Below, in pieces: positions 30,139-40,652 of a DNA stretch of 64,000 nucleotides (the first letter of the stretch is position 1; each line of letters begins with the position of its first letter). This stretch comes from Alphaproteobacteria bacterium. Lineage in GTDB: Bacteria; Pseudomonadota; Alphaproteobacteria; Rs-D84. The stretch is taken from positions 28,163 to 92,162 of the forward strand of contig JAVBPX010000005.1 in NCBI GenBank assembly GCA_031549365.1, in the 5' to 3' direction. A program made the translations under genes and the position numbers. The notes below the pieces were generated by a model, which was not told where the DNA came from, did not search any database, and was given only the letters and a program-made list of their open reading frames with translations.

Positions 30139-32277
30139 TTAGGTTATTTTTCGTATAAATTCAGCTGATACTTTTTTAATGCCTGTTCGCTGAAACGCAA
30201 TTGTTAAAAAATCACCGTCTTGTTCAATTACAACACCGCGTCCCAAATCGTCATGTTCAACCAGCGACCCAACAACAGAATTGGAAATCTTTTGTTTTGG
30301 TTTATAAACAGCTGGTTTTGGTGTAAATGTTTTTGGTTTTTGATTATAAAATCCGGTTTTTTCGATAAATTGGTCATCAATTTCATCCAAAAATATTGAT
30401 GGCAAATTATTTTGGCGTTGCCCAAAAACCAGGCGAGATGATGTTGTTGAAATAATTAATTTTTTACGTGCGCGTGTAATTCCAACATATGCCAGACGTC
30501 GCTCTTCTTCTAAACCCTTTTCGCCCTCTTCTTTTAATGTGCGTTCTGATGGGAAAATCCCCTCTTCCCATGCGGGTAAAAACACTGTATCAAATTCCAA
30601 TCCCTTGGCCGCATGTAATGTCATAATTGATACGTGATCTGTGTTTGATTCTTCGTCATTCATAGTCATTAATGCTACTTGTTCCAAGAATCCCTCCAAT
30701 GATGTATGCTGATCATTAATCAATCCAATTAATTCGCGTAAATGTTCCAATCGCTCTTTGGCGTCCAAATCCTTGGATTCTTGCCACATTTTGATATATC
30801 CAGATTGATCCAATAATGTTTGAAAAACCTCGGCCGGTTCTTTTTTCCCAATTAATTCACGAATTGACTCAAATAATTTAACGAATGATTGACATGATTC
30901 TTTCATGCGTTTTGGCATAGCATTGGTTTCAATCATATCGCGCATTGCATCAAATAATGATAAATTACGAGATTTGGCATAATCACGAATATGGGCCAAT
31001 GCAACATCGCCCAAACCACGTTTCGGCGTATTTAAAATCCGAGCCATTGATACATCGTCGTACGGATATACCAATAATCGTGCGTATGCGACAGAATCCT
31101 TGATTTCGGTGCGATCATAAAACCGTGTACCACCAATTAATTTATATGGAATTTTTCGCATCATTAATTCTTCTTCGAATAAACGCGATAAACTTGCATT
31201 TCGAATTAAAATTGCAAATTCATGATATGGTTGCCCAGACATATGTCCCGATTCAATTTCATCCGCAATCATGTTTGATTCCATGTGATCGGAATATAAT
31301 TGAACAATTTGAACCAAGTCATGAGAATCGTTTGAATTTGTTTTTAAATCTTTGCCTAAACGCCCCTTGTTATGCTTGATTAATGAACTGGCAACACCCA
31401 AAATAGCCGGCGTTGATCGATAATTTGTTTCCAACCTAATTATTTTTGTTCCGGTATATTCGCGATCAAATCCCAATATGTTTTGGATTTCAGCGCCTCG
31501 CCATGAATAAATGGATTGATCATCGTCGCCGACACAACAAATGTTTCTGTGATGCGATGCCAACAATCGCAACAACATGTATTGAGCCATGTTTGTATCT
31601 TGGTATTCGTCAACCAAAATGTATTTAAATTGTTGTTGATATTTTCGTAAAATATCAGGTTCGTGCAATAATAAATCCAGAGGTTTTAAAATTAAATCAC
31701 CATAATCAACCCCGTTGAGTCTGGATAACTCTATCTGATACAAAGTATAAATTTCAGACAGCCTGCCATCCGCAAAACCATTGGCGCTTGATGATGTCGA
31801 CCCTGTATGTGTTTCCGCTTGATCATATCGAATTGCGCGATCTTTCAGACGTGAAATTTGTTCCACAGCATCAATTGGCGGCCATTTTTTCAGATCAATC
31901 GACATATTTTGCATAATATTTTTTAACACCGCCTTTTGATCATCTTCGCCCAATATCAAAAATGGATTTTTTAATCCAGCGCGTTCAGCATTTGCCCGTA
32001 ATATCTTGACCCCAATTGCATGAAATGTTCCCATCCAAACAGCACCTGCCATACCACCAATCATTTGTTGCAAACGATCTTTCATTTCATTTGCTGCTTT
32101 GTTGGTAAAGGTCAGGGCCAAAACCTCCCACGGGTTTGCAAGTCCGCTGGATAAAATATGTGCTATACGCGTGGTCAAAACCCGGGTTTTTCCCGTTCCA
32201 GCACCAGATAATATTAATACCGGCCCCTCGGTTGTTTCGACCCCAATACGCTGTTCTGGATTTAAATTTGTTAACAT
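30139..32277 (-). CDS. uvrD: UvrD/PcrA DNA helicase
   Basis: GAGTGKT, DEYQD, HAAKGLEF, EERRLAYVGITRA. Confidence 0.95.
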   Translation of the reverse strand: MLTNLNPEQRIGVETTEGPVLILSGAGTGKTRVLTTRIAHILSSGLANPWEVLALTFTNKAANEMKDRLQQMIGGMAGAVWMGTFHAIGVKILRANAERAGLKNPFLILGEDDQKAVLKNIMQNMSIDLKKWPPIDAVEQISRLKDRAIRYDQAETHTGSTSSSANGFADGRLSEIYTLYQIELSRLNGVDYGDLILKPLDLLLHEPDILRKYQQQFKYILVDEYQDTNMAQYMLLRLLASHHRNICCVGDDDQSIYSWRGAEIQNILGFDREYTGTKIIRLETNYRSTPAILGVASSLIKHNKGRLGKDLKTNSNDSHDLVQIVQLYSDHMESNMIADEIESGHMSGQPYHEFAILIRNASLSRLFEEELMMRKIPYKLIGGTRFYDRTEIKDSVAYARLLVYPYDDVSMARILNTPKRGLGDVALAHIRDYAKSRNLSLFDAMRDMIETNAMPKRMKESCQSFVKLFESIRELIGKKEPAEVFQTLLDQSGYIKMWQESKDLDAKERLEHLRELIGLINDQHTSLEGFLEQVALMTMNDEESNTDHVSIMTLHAAKGLEFDTVFLPAWEEGIFPSERTLKEEGEKGLEEERRLAYVGITRARKKLIISTTSSRLVFGQRQNNLPSIFLDEIDDQFIEKTGFYNQKPKTFTPKPAVYKPKQKISNSVVGSLVEHDDLGRGVVIEQDGDFLTIAFQRTGIKKVSAEFIRKIT

Positions 32278-32356
32278 GATTTATATCCGTTTTTCTTGCT
32301 TTTTTGATTATGATTCAGCATAATGCAATTATCATTAAAAGAAAAGGAGAAAAACA

Positions 32357-32656
32357 ATGGGTTTAATTTTTGTACCAATCATCAGCTTGGCAACTCTGTT
32401 AATTAATATTTATGCGCTGGCCGTATTTGTGGCGGTTATTTTGGCCTGGTTGGTGGCGTTTGATATCGTTACATTAAATCACCCAGCCATGCGCAGCTTT
32501 TCAAAAACATTGTTCATGATAACAGAACCTGTATTTGAACGCGTGCGTCGTGTAATCCCTCCATTTAATAATATCGATTTTTCGCCTGCGATTGTGTTGA
32601 TTTTGCTGTTTGTAATATCTTCGTTTTTGAATCAATTGTTAAAATTGATGATGTAA
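32357..32656 (+). CDS. yggT: YggT family membrane protein
   Basis: ITEP..RRVIPP..IDFSP. Confidence 0.9.
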   Translation: MGLIFVPIISLATLLINIYALAVFVAVILAWLVAFDIVTLNHPAMRSFSKTLFMITEPVFERVRRVIPPFNNIDFSPAIVLILLFVISSFLNQLLKLMM

Positions 32657-32657
32657 T

Positions 32658-33350
32658 ATGACGAATCGTATCGTATGCTTTGATATTGAAACTACTGGTT
32701 TTTCCTGGTCCAATGGCGAACGAATTATTGAAATCGGCGCAGTTGAAATAATCGACGGCGTTATAACCGACAATAAATTTCATTCGTATGTTTCGAACCA
32801 AGGCCGTCCAATCCCCAAAGAATCATATGATGTCCATAAATTATCCGAAAGCTTTTTGTCCGATAAACCAAAATTTGATGAAATAGCAAATGATTTAATG
32901 AATTTTATTGGGACTTCACCAGTCGTTGCACATAACGGAATTGATTTTGACTTTCCATTTTTAAATTATGAATTAAAACAAATTGGAATTAATGGAATTC
33001 CAAATGAACAACAGCTTGATTCATTATTATTGGCAAGAAATCGTGTATTTGGCCCAAAAAGTTACAGTTTGGATTCCTTGGCCCAATGGTTCGGAGTAAA
33101 TTTATCAGCCCGTGCGGACGCGCATGGCGCGTTAATTGACGCATTAATTCTGGCCGAGGTTTATTTATTTTTAAACCAAGCCACAGATCAAAAATCAATA
33201 AAACAAGTTATCGAAGAATCACAAATAAAATTATCCGGATTACCGCGTCAAAACCGGCAAATTCGCACATTTACATTATCAGACGATGAATTAAAAAATC
33301 ATTCTGAATTTATTGAAAAAAATATTAACGACGCCTTGTGGCACGATTAA
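32658..33350 (+). CDS. dnaQ: DNA polymerase III epsilon subunit
   Basis: DIETTG, AHN..FD, HGALIDA. Confidence 0.93.
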   Translation: MTNRIVCFDIETTGFSWSNGERIIEIGAVEIIDGVITDNKFHSYVSNQGRPIPKESYDVHKLSESFLSDKPKFDEIANDLMNFIGTSPVVAHNGIDFDFPFLNYELKQIGINGIPNEQQLDSLLLARNRVFGPKSYSLDSLAQWFGVNLSARADAHGALIDALILAEVYLFLNQATDQKSIKQVIEESQIKLSGLPRQNRQIRTFTLSDDELKNHSEFIEKNINDALWHD

Positions 33351-33645
33351 TCATTGCCCTACGAACCATCATAACACCAGGATCATCAAATATTTGAATT
33401 TGTAATATATTTTCAATATATTGAATTCTTTCTGTTGTTTCTTGGTCCACTGAAATATCCAACGCTATTAAACATTTTAAATTCGATTTAATTCTTTTTA
33501 TTTTTTGTTTGAATGATTCCAACGGTTTGTTTTCTTTCACCTTGCGCAATAAATACCAGTAAAAGTTTGTAATATCTTTTTTAAAGTGCATCCATTGTAA
33601 TTGGATGTATTCTTCGAATGGTCGGTCGCTGTATTTTTTTGCCAC
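33325..33645 (-). CDS. Hypothetical protein
   Basis: 106-aa ORF with upstream SD-like sequence; no recognisable motif. Confidence 0.45.
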   Translation of the reverse strand: MAKKYSDRPFEEYIQLQWMHFKKDITNFYWYLLRKVKENKPLESFKQKIKRIKSNLKCLIALDISVDQETTERIQYIENILQIQIFDDPGVMMVRRAMINRATRRR

Positions 33646-33781
33646 TGATTACGCCTTTTATTTTCGCCTTCCCTCTCTCTATGTAAGACATGATTATAAT
33701 CATACAAAAATTTAAGTCAATATTTAAAAGCGCAAAAAAAAGCCCGCAATTTATGCGGGCTTTGATTGATTTCTATTTATT

Positions 33782-34225
33782 TTAATTGGCTGGTTTGTTT
33801 TGATTTGATTGATATAATTGTTCGAAATCAACCATACCCATAACAAACGGAGGATATCCAGATTCACCTGTCATATGCATTACCAACGAACGCACAGATG
33901 GGTATAAACTGGTTGGAATATCAACCAATAATTTATGTTGTAATTCTTTTTCATCCGATGCTGTTACAGCGGCCAATCCAGAATAAGTCATTTCAATCAT
34001 GAAAATTGTTTTTTTATCTTCTTCGGCTTGGTTGTGAATTTTAACTATTAAATCAACCATATACAGGTTGTTTTCTGTTCCCTTGACCTGGATGTCCATA
34101 TTTACACTTACGTTGGCTTTGACCCCTTCTTTTCTGAAAAATAATTCTGGTGAATTTGGGCTTTCAAAGGAACAGTCCTTTAAAAATTGGGCCATTAAAC
34201 GCATTTCTGTATCTGGTTTGTTCAT
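33782..34225 (-). CDS. secB: Protein-export chaperone SecB
   Basis: QFLKDCSFESP, LYPSVR, GYPP. Confidence 0.92.
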   Translation of the reverse strand: MNKPDTEMRLMAQFLKDCSFESPNSPELFFRKEGVKANVSVNMDIQVKGTENNLYMVDLIVKIHNQAEEDKKTIFMIEMTYSGLAAVTASDEKELQHKLLVDIPTSLYPSVRSLVMHMTGESGYPPFVMGMVDFEQLYQSNQNKPAN

Positions 34226-34321
34226 AACGTCTCCTTTTTATTGAACGATGGGCTTAATTTTGATATAATGTTCTGGTGTCATGTTTTCAAGTATAGCTTA
34301 TAACAAACGGAATTGCAACAA

Positions 34322-34897
34322 ATGTCAATTTGGCCTATTATTTTTATTATTATCGCATTGGTCGTGCTGATTTTATTAAATACGCGCATGCGACCTGTTA
34401 TAAAAATTGAAAAAAAGCTTCGATTTTCGCCAATTGCAATCGGGATGCAATTAAATATAGCAAATGATTTGATGCCAAAATTTATGGAAATGTGCAAACG
34501 ATATCCTCATTTGGATGGGCAAAATTTGGCCCACAGTTTATCCAATATGGTGATTGATGTTATGAATTCATATGTTGTTGGGAAAATTCCAAATTCAATT
34601 TCCGAAAAATTGGCTTTGTTATGGGAAAAAACATGGAATCATAATAATAAAAATGGTATTAAATCGCACGCCGATTTAAAACATTTGAATTCTATATTTG
34701 TTGATGATGTTAAATTTAACGATGATGTTTTAAAAATGAAAATTTTAATAAACAGCGATCAGGTTCGATACACAAAACAAAATGGTAAATTAATATCCGG
34801 GGACCCAAAAACAATAGATACCATTACTGACGTTTGGGAAATCCGCACAAATCCAAAAGAAAGGGAGCTTTTATGGCAAATTACAGAAACTTATTAA
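34322..34897 (+). CDS. Tim44/TimA-like membrane protein
   Basis: N-terminal TM, C-terminal GDPKTIDTITDVW..W; divergent from secB and before mltA as in alphaproteobacteria. Confidence 0.75.
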   Translation: MSIWPIIFIIIALVVLILLNTRMRPVIKIEKKLRFSPIAIGMQLNIANDLMPKFMEMCKRYPHLDGQNLAHSLSNMVIDVMNSYVVGKIPNSISEKLALLWEKTWNHNNKNGIKSHADLKHLNSIFVDDVKFNDDVLKMKILINSDQVRYTKQNGKLISGDPKTIDTITDVWEIRTNPKERELLWQITETY

Positions 34898-35979
34898 TGG
34901 CGAGTATGGTATTTTTGGCCAGTTGTTCATGGTTTGATCAGCCAACCGTTTCATCCAAAAACAATCAAGTTACATCAAATTTAACAGCTGTTTCGTATAA
35001 TTCATTACCTGGGTGGCAAAATGACGATTTGCGATATGCTTTGAAATCGTTCCGCCAATCATGCAAATCCAAAAGTTTTAAAGATGGGACCAGATATTAT
35101 GCAAAAATTCGACCCAATGCTGAATTAATTGCTGAAAAATGTGCGTTTTTACCATCAGAATCCGCTGATAATGCGACCGTACGCGCTTGGTTTGAATCGC
35201 ACTTTCAGCCATATCAAATTCGTGCCGATGGCGGTAAAAACACCGGCGTTTTCACAGGTTATTATTCACCAACAATTATGGCATCCCGGTATAAAAGCGC
35301 AAAATATAATGAACCCATTATGATGGCACCATCAAACATGAATTCGTACAAAGGTGTTGACCGTAAAACAATCGTTTCAAAACAAATTGGCACTCCATTA
35401 TATTGGGCAAACAAGGTTGATGTTCAAAATTTACAGATCCAAGGTTCGGGACTTTTGAAACTGGATGATGGAACTGTCGCAAAAATGAATTTTGGAGCGC
35501 ACAACGATATGACTTTTAAAAGCATTGGCGAACAATTAAAGCAAAAAGGTATTCGCCCAGACGAAGGTTATAAATCAGCCGCTGTGTGGAAACATTTAAA
35601 AGCCCATCCAGCATTGGCAGACGAAGTAATTGATAAAAATCCACGTTATATTTATTTTGTCGAGGCCAAAGACCACGATGCAATTGGAAAATTAGGTGTT
35701 CCTTTGACCAAGATTCGTTCGATTGCTGTCGATGATTCTATTTATACGCTGGGACTGCCAATGTATGTTGATACGCAATTATCAAACGGACAAAAATTCC
35801 AACGTTTGATGGTTGGTCAAGATCGCGGATCTGCAATCACCGGTTGGATTCGCGCGGATATATTCTTTGGATTTGGCGAAGAAGCCGAAGCATTCGCATC
35901 CCCGCAATATAACGAAGGACGTATGTTCATATTAATGCCAAAACCATATGAACCTGTGGATAAATCAATGTTTAATTAA
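34873..35979 (+). CDS. mltA: Membrane-bound lytic murein transglycosylase A
   Basis: Lipobox, FTGYY, QIQGSG, QDRGSAITG..RADIFFG. Confidence 0.92.
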   Translation: MANYRNLLMASMVFLASCSWFDQPTVSSKNNQVTSNLTAVSYNSLPGWQNDDLRYALKSFRQSCKSKSFKDGTRYYAKIRPNAELIAEKCAFLPSESADNATVRAWFESHFQPYQIRADGGKNTGVFTGYYSPTIMASRYKSAKYNEPIMMAPSNMNSYKGVDRKTIVSKQIGTPLYWANKVDVQNLQIQGSGLLKLDDGTVAKMNFGAHNDMTFKSIGEQLKQKGIRPDEGYKSAAVWKHLKAHPALADEVIDKNPRYIYFVEAKDHDAIGKLGVPLTKIRSIAVDDSIYTLGLPMYVDTQLSNGQKFQRLMVGQDRGSAITGWIRADIFFGFGEEAEAFASPQYNEGRMFILMPKPYEPVDKSMFN

Positions 35980-36026
35980 TATTGATTTTGAATTTAAAAC
36001 CCAGCAAAATGCTGGGTTTTTGTTTA

Positions 36027-36902
36027 TTAACGCTTGGTTAAAAATTTAATTAATGCACGTCGCTCGTCTTCGGATTCAAAATACAATATAATTGATCCAT
36101 TACCCGCGGATTTTACATCCAATTTTGTACGCAATCCCATTGAAACGCGAACCTGTTGTTCTATTTTTTTGATTTCATCACGGGACATTCCGGATTCAGA
36201 ACGACCGCGCGATGATTTACGCGGTGCATCTTTGACCAAGTCTTCGACCTGGCGCACTGACAAATTTTCAGATACAATTTTTTCAGCCAATTCAGACGCA
36301 TTTTCAGTAACAATCAATGCACGTGCAGCGCCCGCAGTTAATTTTTTTTCAATCACCATTTGTTGTACATGTTCTGGCAAACTGGTCAAACGCAGGCTGT
36401 TTTTTAAATAACTGATGGATTTGCCAAGCATTTTTTCCAAATCTGTTAATGAATATCCACATTTATCCATTAAATTTTGGTAACCTGTGGCTTCTTCGAT
36501 TGGGTTTAAATTTTCACGTTGAATGTTTTCAATTAATGCTATTTCCATTGCATTTTCTGGCGTAACAGCCTTGATTAATGCGGGGATTTCAGTTAATCCC
36601 GCGTCAATTGACGCACGATAACGACGTTCACCCGCAATAATTTCATATTGATGATTTGTTCCGTAAACTGAACGCACTAAAATTGGTTGTAATACGCCCT
36701 TTTCCGCGATAGATTTCGATAATTCCGCCAATTCAATCGGATCAAATGTTTTACGCGGCTGGTTTGGATTTGGTTTTATCTGATCCAATGGTAATCCGCG
36801 AACAACGACACGATCCCCGCCCGACAATACTGGGATATTTGACGATTCATTGCTTAAATCTTGTTGTAATGACGCCAGTCCGCGTCCCAATCCATGTTTC
36901 AT
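36027..36902 (-). CDS. parB: Chromosome partition protein ParB
   Basis: GLGRGL, PNQPRK, IIAGERRYRA, ENIQRENL. Confidence 0.96.
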   Translation of the reverse strand: MKHGLGRGLASLQQDLSNESSNIPVLSGGDRVVVRGLPLDQIKPNPNQPRKTFDPIELAELSKSIAEKGVLQPILVRSVYGTNHQYEIIAGERRYRASIDAGLTEIPALIKAVTPENAMEIALIENIQRENLNPIEEATGYQNLMDKCGYSLTDLEKMLGKSISYLKNSLRLTSLPEHVQQMVIEKKLTAGAARALIVTENASELAEKIVSENLSVRQVEDLVKDAPRKSSRGRSESGMSRDEIKKIEQQVRVSMGLRTKLDVKSAGNGSIILYFESEDERRALIKFLTKR

Positions 36903-37685
36903 TTATTTAACCTCTATGTTGTTCATTTTTTCCAATACTTCGGCCGCCAATTTTAAATAAGCCTGGGATCCCGGGGATGCAAAATCGTAAAATAATGCTG
37001 GTTGACCATGGGAAGGAGCCTCGGACAATCTGACATTTCTGGGAATTACTGTTTTGAATACACGATCCTTGAAACATTCACGAACATCGTCTTCGATCAT
37101 TTTTGATAAATTATTGCGACGGTCATACATTGTTAATACAACACCCATGATATCCAATGATGGATTTAAACTGGATTGAATTTTTGATACAGTTTGCACC
37201 AAGTGTTGGATCCCTTCCAGCGCGAAAAACTCACACTGTAAGGGCACTATTAATTTATTGGCAGACGTTAATGCATTTATTGTTAAAAAACCCAGTGCAG
37301 GCGGGCAATCCAATAAAATATAATCATAATGTTCGGCAATCTTTGAAATTTCAGATTTTAGTTTATATTCACGGTTTTCAATATCCAGTAATTCAACCTC
37401 GGCCGCGGCCAGTTGCGTGCTGGATGGTAAAATATGCAACCCTTCGACCGCAGTGGTTAAAATACTGGATTCTATTGGTTTGTTTTGAAGCAATACATTA
37501 TAAATCGATTCTTTGCGGTCCGACCGATTTAATCCCAAACCGGTTCCAGCGTTACCCTGGGGGTCCAGATCAATTAATAAAACGCGTTTGCGAATTGATG
37601 CCAATGACGCAGCAATGTTTATTGCTGTCGTTGTTTTGCCGACCCCGCCCTTTTGATTTGCGAATGCTATTATTTGTGCAGACAT
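36903..37685 (-). CDS. parA: Chromosome partition ATPase ParA
   Basis: NQKGGVGKTT, DLDPQGN, EAPSHG. Confidence 0.96.
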   Translation of the reverse strand: MSAQIIAFANQKGGVGKTTTAINIAASLASIRKRVLLIDLDPQGNAGTGLGLNRSDRKESIYNVLLQNKPIESSILTTAVEGLHILPSSTQLAAAEVELLDIENREYKLKSEISKIAEHYDYILLDCPPALGFLTINALTSANKLIVPLQCEFFALEGIQHLVQTVSKIQSSLNPSLDIMGVVLTMYDRRNNLSKMIEDDVRECFKDRVFKTVIPRNVRLSEAPSHGQPALFYDFASPGSQAYLKLAAEVLEKMNNIEVK

Positions 37686-37764
37686 TTTTATAAACCTTTC
37701 CTTTGTCCAAGTACTGTATATTGGAAAGTGTAAAAAGTCAATGAATTTATGAAAAAGCCGGCTT

Positions 37765-38481
37765 TTACCCCAATTTAGTAACGTTTTTTATCAACAAAAT
37801 ATACCCCGGGCCGGTGGATGATTCGTGTAATTTATAATCGAATCGGTATTTTTGCCCCGCTTCGTCAATTTCAGCTTTTACATTTTCACCCTTTAACAAA
37901 GCATAATTTAATCCTAAAACCGCTGTCATGTCCAAAATTTTGGTCAATGACGCGAATGCCCGGGCGGTTATTACACAATTCAAACTCTGCCCCATTTCGC
38001 TTGGGTTGGAATTTGAATTAATGCTTGTTTCGTTATATCGCGGAACCAACCTAGAAACACTATCAATATCTGCGCTGCCGCTTGATATTGGAATGTTTCT
38101 GGGGTTGGTTTCACGTGAAATAACGTTTAAATTTGAAATAACCTGCGCCATGGCGGGGATTTTGTTTTCGATTCGATCGGACCACACCACAACATTTTTA
38201 AGGCCCATAACACGAATACATTCATTTAAAAATATACATTTACGCATATCGCTTTCAATACAATATACATTATAGCCCATTATACCCAATACAATTGCTG
38301 GGAAACCAGCGCCGGAACCCAAATCAAATATAGTTGCGCCCGGATTAATGAATTTTGCCAATTGTTCCGAATCCGCAATATGGCGTGTTTCAATTTCATT
38401 TATTGTATTTGGGCTGATCAAATTGATTTTTGATTGCCATTGTTTCAATAAATCTGAATACTTTTTAAATAGTTCTTGCAT
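37765..38481 (-). CDS. rsmG: 16S rRNA m7G527 methyltransferase with an internal ~50-aa insertion
   Basis: INLIS, RHIADS, DLGSGAGFP, TARAFA. Confidence 0.92.
   Translation of the reverse strand: MQELFKKYSDLLKQWQSKINLISPNTINEIETRHIADSEQLAKFINPGATIFDLGSGAGFPAIVLGIMGYNVYCIESDMRKCIFLNECIRVMGLKNVVVWSDRIENKIPAMAQVISNLNVISRETNPRNIPISSGSADIDSVSRLVPRYNETSINSNSNPSEMGQSLNCVITARAFASLTKILDMTAVLGLNYALLKGENVKAEIDEAGQKYRFDYKLHESSTGPGYILLIKNVTKLG
38107..38122. promoter_or_regulatory. parS: parS site inside rsmG
   Basis: GGTTTCACGTGAAATA, 14/16 to TGTTTCACGTGAAACA. Confidence 0.8.
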
Positions 38482-38525
38482 ATTATTCTTTTGCTTTTTG
38501 GTTTGTTTTTTTGTATTATGCCAAC

Positions 38526-40163
38526 ATGAAAGAAAAAAACCATAAAAAACTTTATTGGATTGGTAGTATTTCGGCAATTTCTCTGGCCGCGGGTGTTTAT
38601 TTTGCACATCCCACACATAAAACCAAAGAACAAAAATTCCCTGATTCCGATTTGGGATTATATTTGGCCGGTCAACATGCACAATATGTTCAAGATTTTG
38701 ACACTATGGCTGAAATTTCCAAAAAATTATCGGATAACAAATTGACCGCCGTTCGCCAATTGGTGGCCCAGGGATTTTTTATATCTGGGGATGTTGATAA
38801 CGCTATAAAACACGCTGATTTCAAGAGCGATGTTGATTCTTTTACAACATTGATTATAAATACAACCGCGCTGGCTCGTGAAAAGAAATACGACAAAATT
38901 TATTCAGAATATAAAAATAATGGATTGTTTTTCTTGGCTCCTATGCAGATTTGGTCCGCCGTTGCAACAAATCGTGTTGACGCCGCGTTAAAGATTATTG
39001 AAAATGCCGATCAGAGTCAGGCTTGGCGTGATTTTAACACCGGTTTGGTTTATGCATATACTGGAAAAATTAAACAGGCCGATGCCGCATTTGCGCGGGT
39101 TCCAGTCGATACATTGAATTTAAATGATTATTTTTATTTAATGTCATTTTATAAAAAGAATAAATTGGACAAGTCTGCCGATAAATTATTCGAATCCTTT
39201 GCAAAAAAGACTGCTGGGCTATATTTGGCCGATATTCCAGCAGATACATACAATTATTCGTTTGATTCCATTGAAAAAATGATTTCTTTTTCGACAATTT
39301 ATGCCATTTCGCATTATCCACAAATGAATCAATCGTCATTATCGTTGTTATTATTGCGTATGGCAGAATCGTTGGACCCAAATTATATTCCGACATATTA
39401 TTATTTGGGATTATATTTTTACGATTCGGATATTAAAAATATGTTTGATAAAACCATCGCAAAAATCCCAAATAACGATGTTTTTTATCCGTTTGCTGTA
39501 TTAAAACAGGCGGAAATGTATTTTCGTGACGGTAAAAATAATCGCGGGGAAGAAATTTTAGAGGATTTATTAAAACAACAACCATTGTTTTATCCGGCGA
39601 TTTCGGCCATTGTTACACAAAATATCAGTGATATTAAATATGATTCCGCGGAACGTTATGTTAATACCAGTTTGAAAAACAAGAATTTGTCCAACCCTGC
39701 CCGCGCTTTTTTATTAAAAATTCGCGCCCATGTTTATGCCATTCAAAATGAATTTGATAAATCAGAACGCGATTTGAATGAAGCATTGATGTTTTTACCT
39801 GGGGATGCTGGTATTTTAAATGATCAAATGTTGATTTGGGCATATCAGGGGAAAAATTTAGACGAAGCATATAAAATGCAAATTACATTAATAAAACAAT
39901 TCCCCGGACAAATCGCGTTTTGGGATACTTTGGGATGTATTTTATTCGCGCGCGGCGATGTCGATGCTGCACAAATCGTATTTGAAAAGGTTGCCGGCAC
40001 AAACCCAGAATCATCCGCATTATTCGAACATTTGGGTGATATTTATCTAAAAATTAATCGTAATGATTTGGCAAAAACCGCATATTCCCGCGCGATTGAG
40101 TTATCGTATGATGGCCAAATTAATAAAAAATATGTTTCCCGCAAATTGAAGAGATTGAAATAA
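38526..40163 (+). CDS. Tetratricopeptide-repeat membrane-anchored protein
   Basis: N-terminal TM, GLYLAG, C-terminal TPRs (DTLG.., EHLGDIY). Confidence 0.8.
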   Translation: MKEKNHKKLYWIGSISAISLAAGVYFAHPTHKTKEQKFPDSDLGLYLAGQHAQYVQDFDTMAEISKKLSDNKLTAVRQLVAQGFFISGDVDNAIKHADFKSDVDSFTTLIINTTALAREKKYDKIYSEYKNNGLFFLAPMQIWSAVATNRVDAALKIIENADQSQAWRDFNTGLVYAYTGKIKQADAAFARVPVDTLNLNDYFYLMSFYKKNKLDKSADKLFESFAKKTAGLYLADIPADTYNYSFDSIEKMISFSTIYAISHYPQMNQSSLSLLLLRMAESLDPNYIPTYYYLGLYFYDSDIKNMFDKTIAKIPNNDVFYPFAVLKQAEMYFRDGKNNRGEEILEDLLKQQPLFYPAISAIVTQNISDIKYDSAERYVNTSLKNKNLSNPARAFLLKIRAHVYAIQNEFDKSERDLNEALMFLPGDAGILNDQMLIWAYQGKNLDEAYKMQITLIKQFPGQIAFWDTLGCILFARGDVDAAQIVFEKVAGTNPESSALFEHLGDIYLKINRNDLAKTAYSRAIELSYDGQINKKYVSRKLKRLK

Positions 40164-40170
40164 AGTTGCC

Positions 40171-40284
40171 GAGATTGCTTCGCAACAAGGTTTTACGACG
40201 CAACCATGGAACCAAAGATCCTTGTTGCTGTTCGGATGGAAAAACAATTATTAATCGTTTTCTGGATCCATCCCGAGTAATGAC
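40171..40284. repeat. Composite REP-like palindrome (GAGATTGC...AATGAC)
   Basis: GAGATTGCTTCG start, nested stems GCAACAAGG/CCTTGTTGC and GGATGGA/TCCATCC, GTAATGAC end. Confidence 0.55.
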
Positions 40285-40346
40285 AATTATTATTTGGGCT
40301 TGATTTTTGAAATTTCATCCGTATAATGTCGGATACATTGATATAT

Positions 40347-40420
40347 TGGGTCATCGTCTAACGGCAGGACAAGAGTTTTTGGTTCTCTTTATCTAGGTTC
40401 GAATCCTAGTGACCCAACCA
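40347..40420 (+). tRNA. tRNA-Gln(TTG)
   Basis: Cloverleaf, AGAGT-TTTTGGT-TCTCT (U31:U39 mismatch), CCA. Confidence 0.92.
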
Positions 40421-40534
40421 TCCTTTGTGGCAAAATAATTTATCACTAGACGATATTTTTGAAAAATTGCGTTCCGGATTGAATGTTGCATAAATTTTAC
40501 TGGATTTTTGCGGTTTATTGGTTATAATTGTTAC

Positions 40535-40585
40535 ATGATTGATACAAGTTTTTATTTTTATTTTGTTTCTTTGCCACGAATGTGA
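40535..40585 (+). CDS. Putative metG leader peptide MIDTSFYFYFVSLPRM
   Basis: 16-codon ORF 6 nt after TATAAT, last sense codon is Met, hairpin over the stop. Confidence 0.55.
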   Translation: MIDTSFYFYFVSLPRM

Positions 40586-40652
40586 TTCGGGTTGTTGTTA
40601 TTTTTATTAAATTCGTATATTATTATTCATTATTATTTAAAAGGATTATTTT

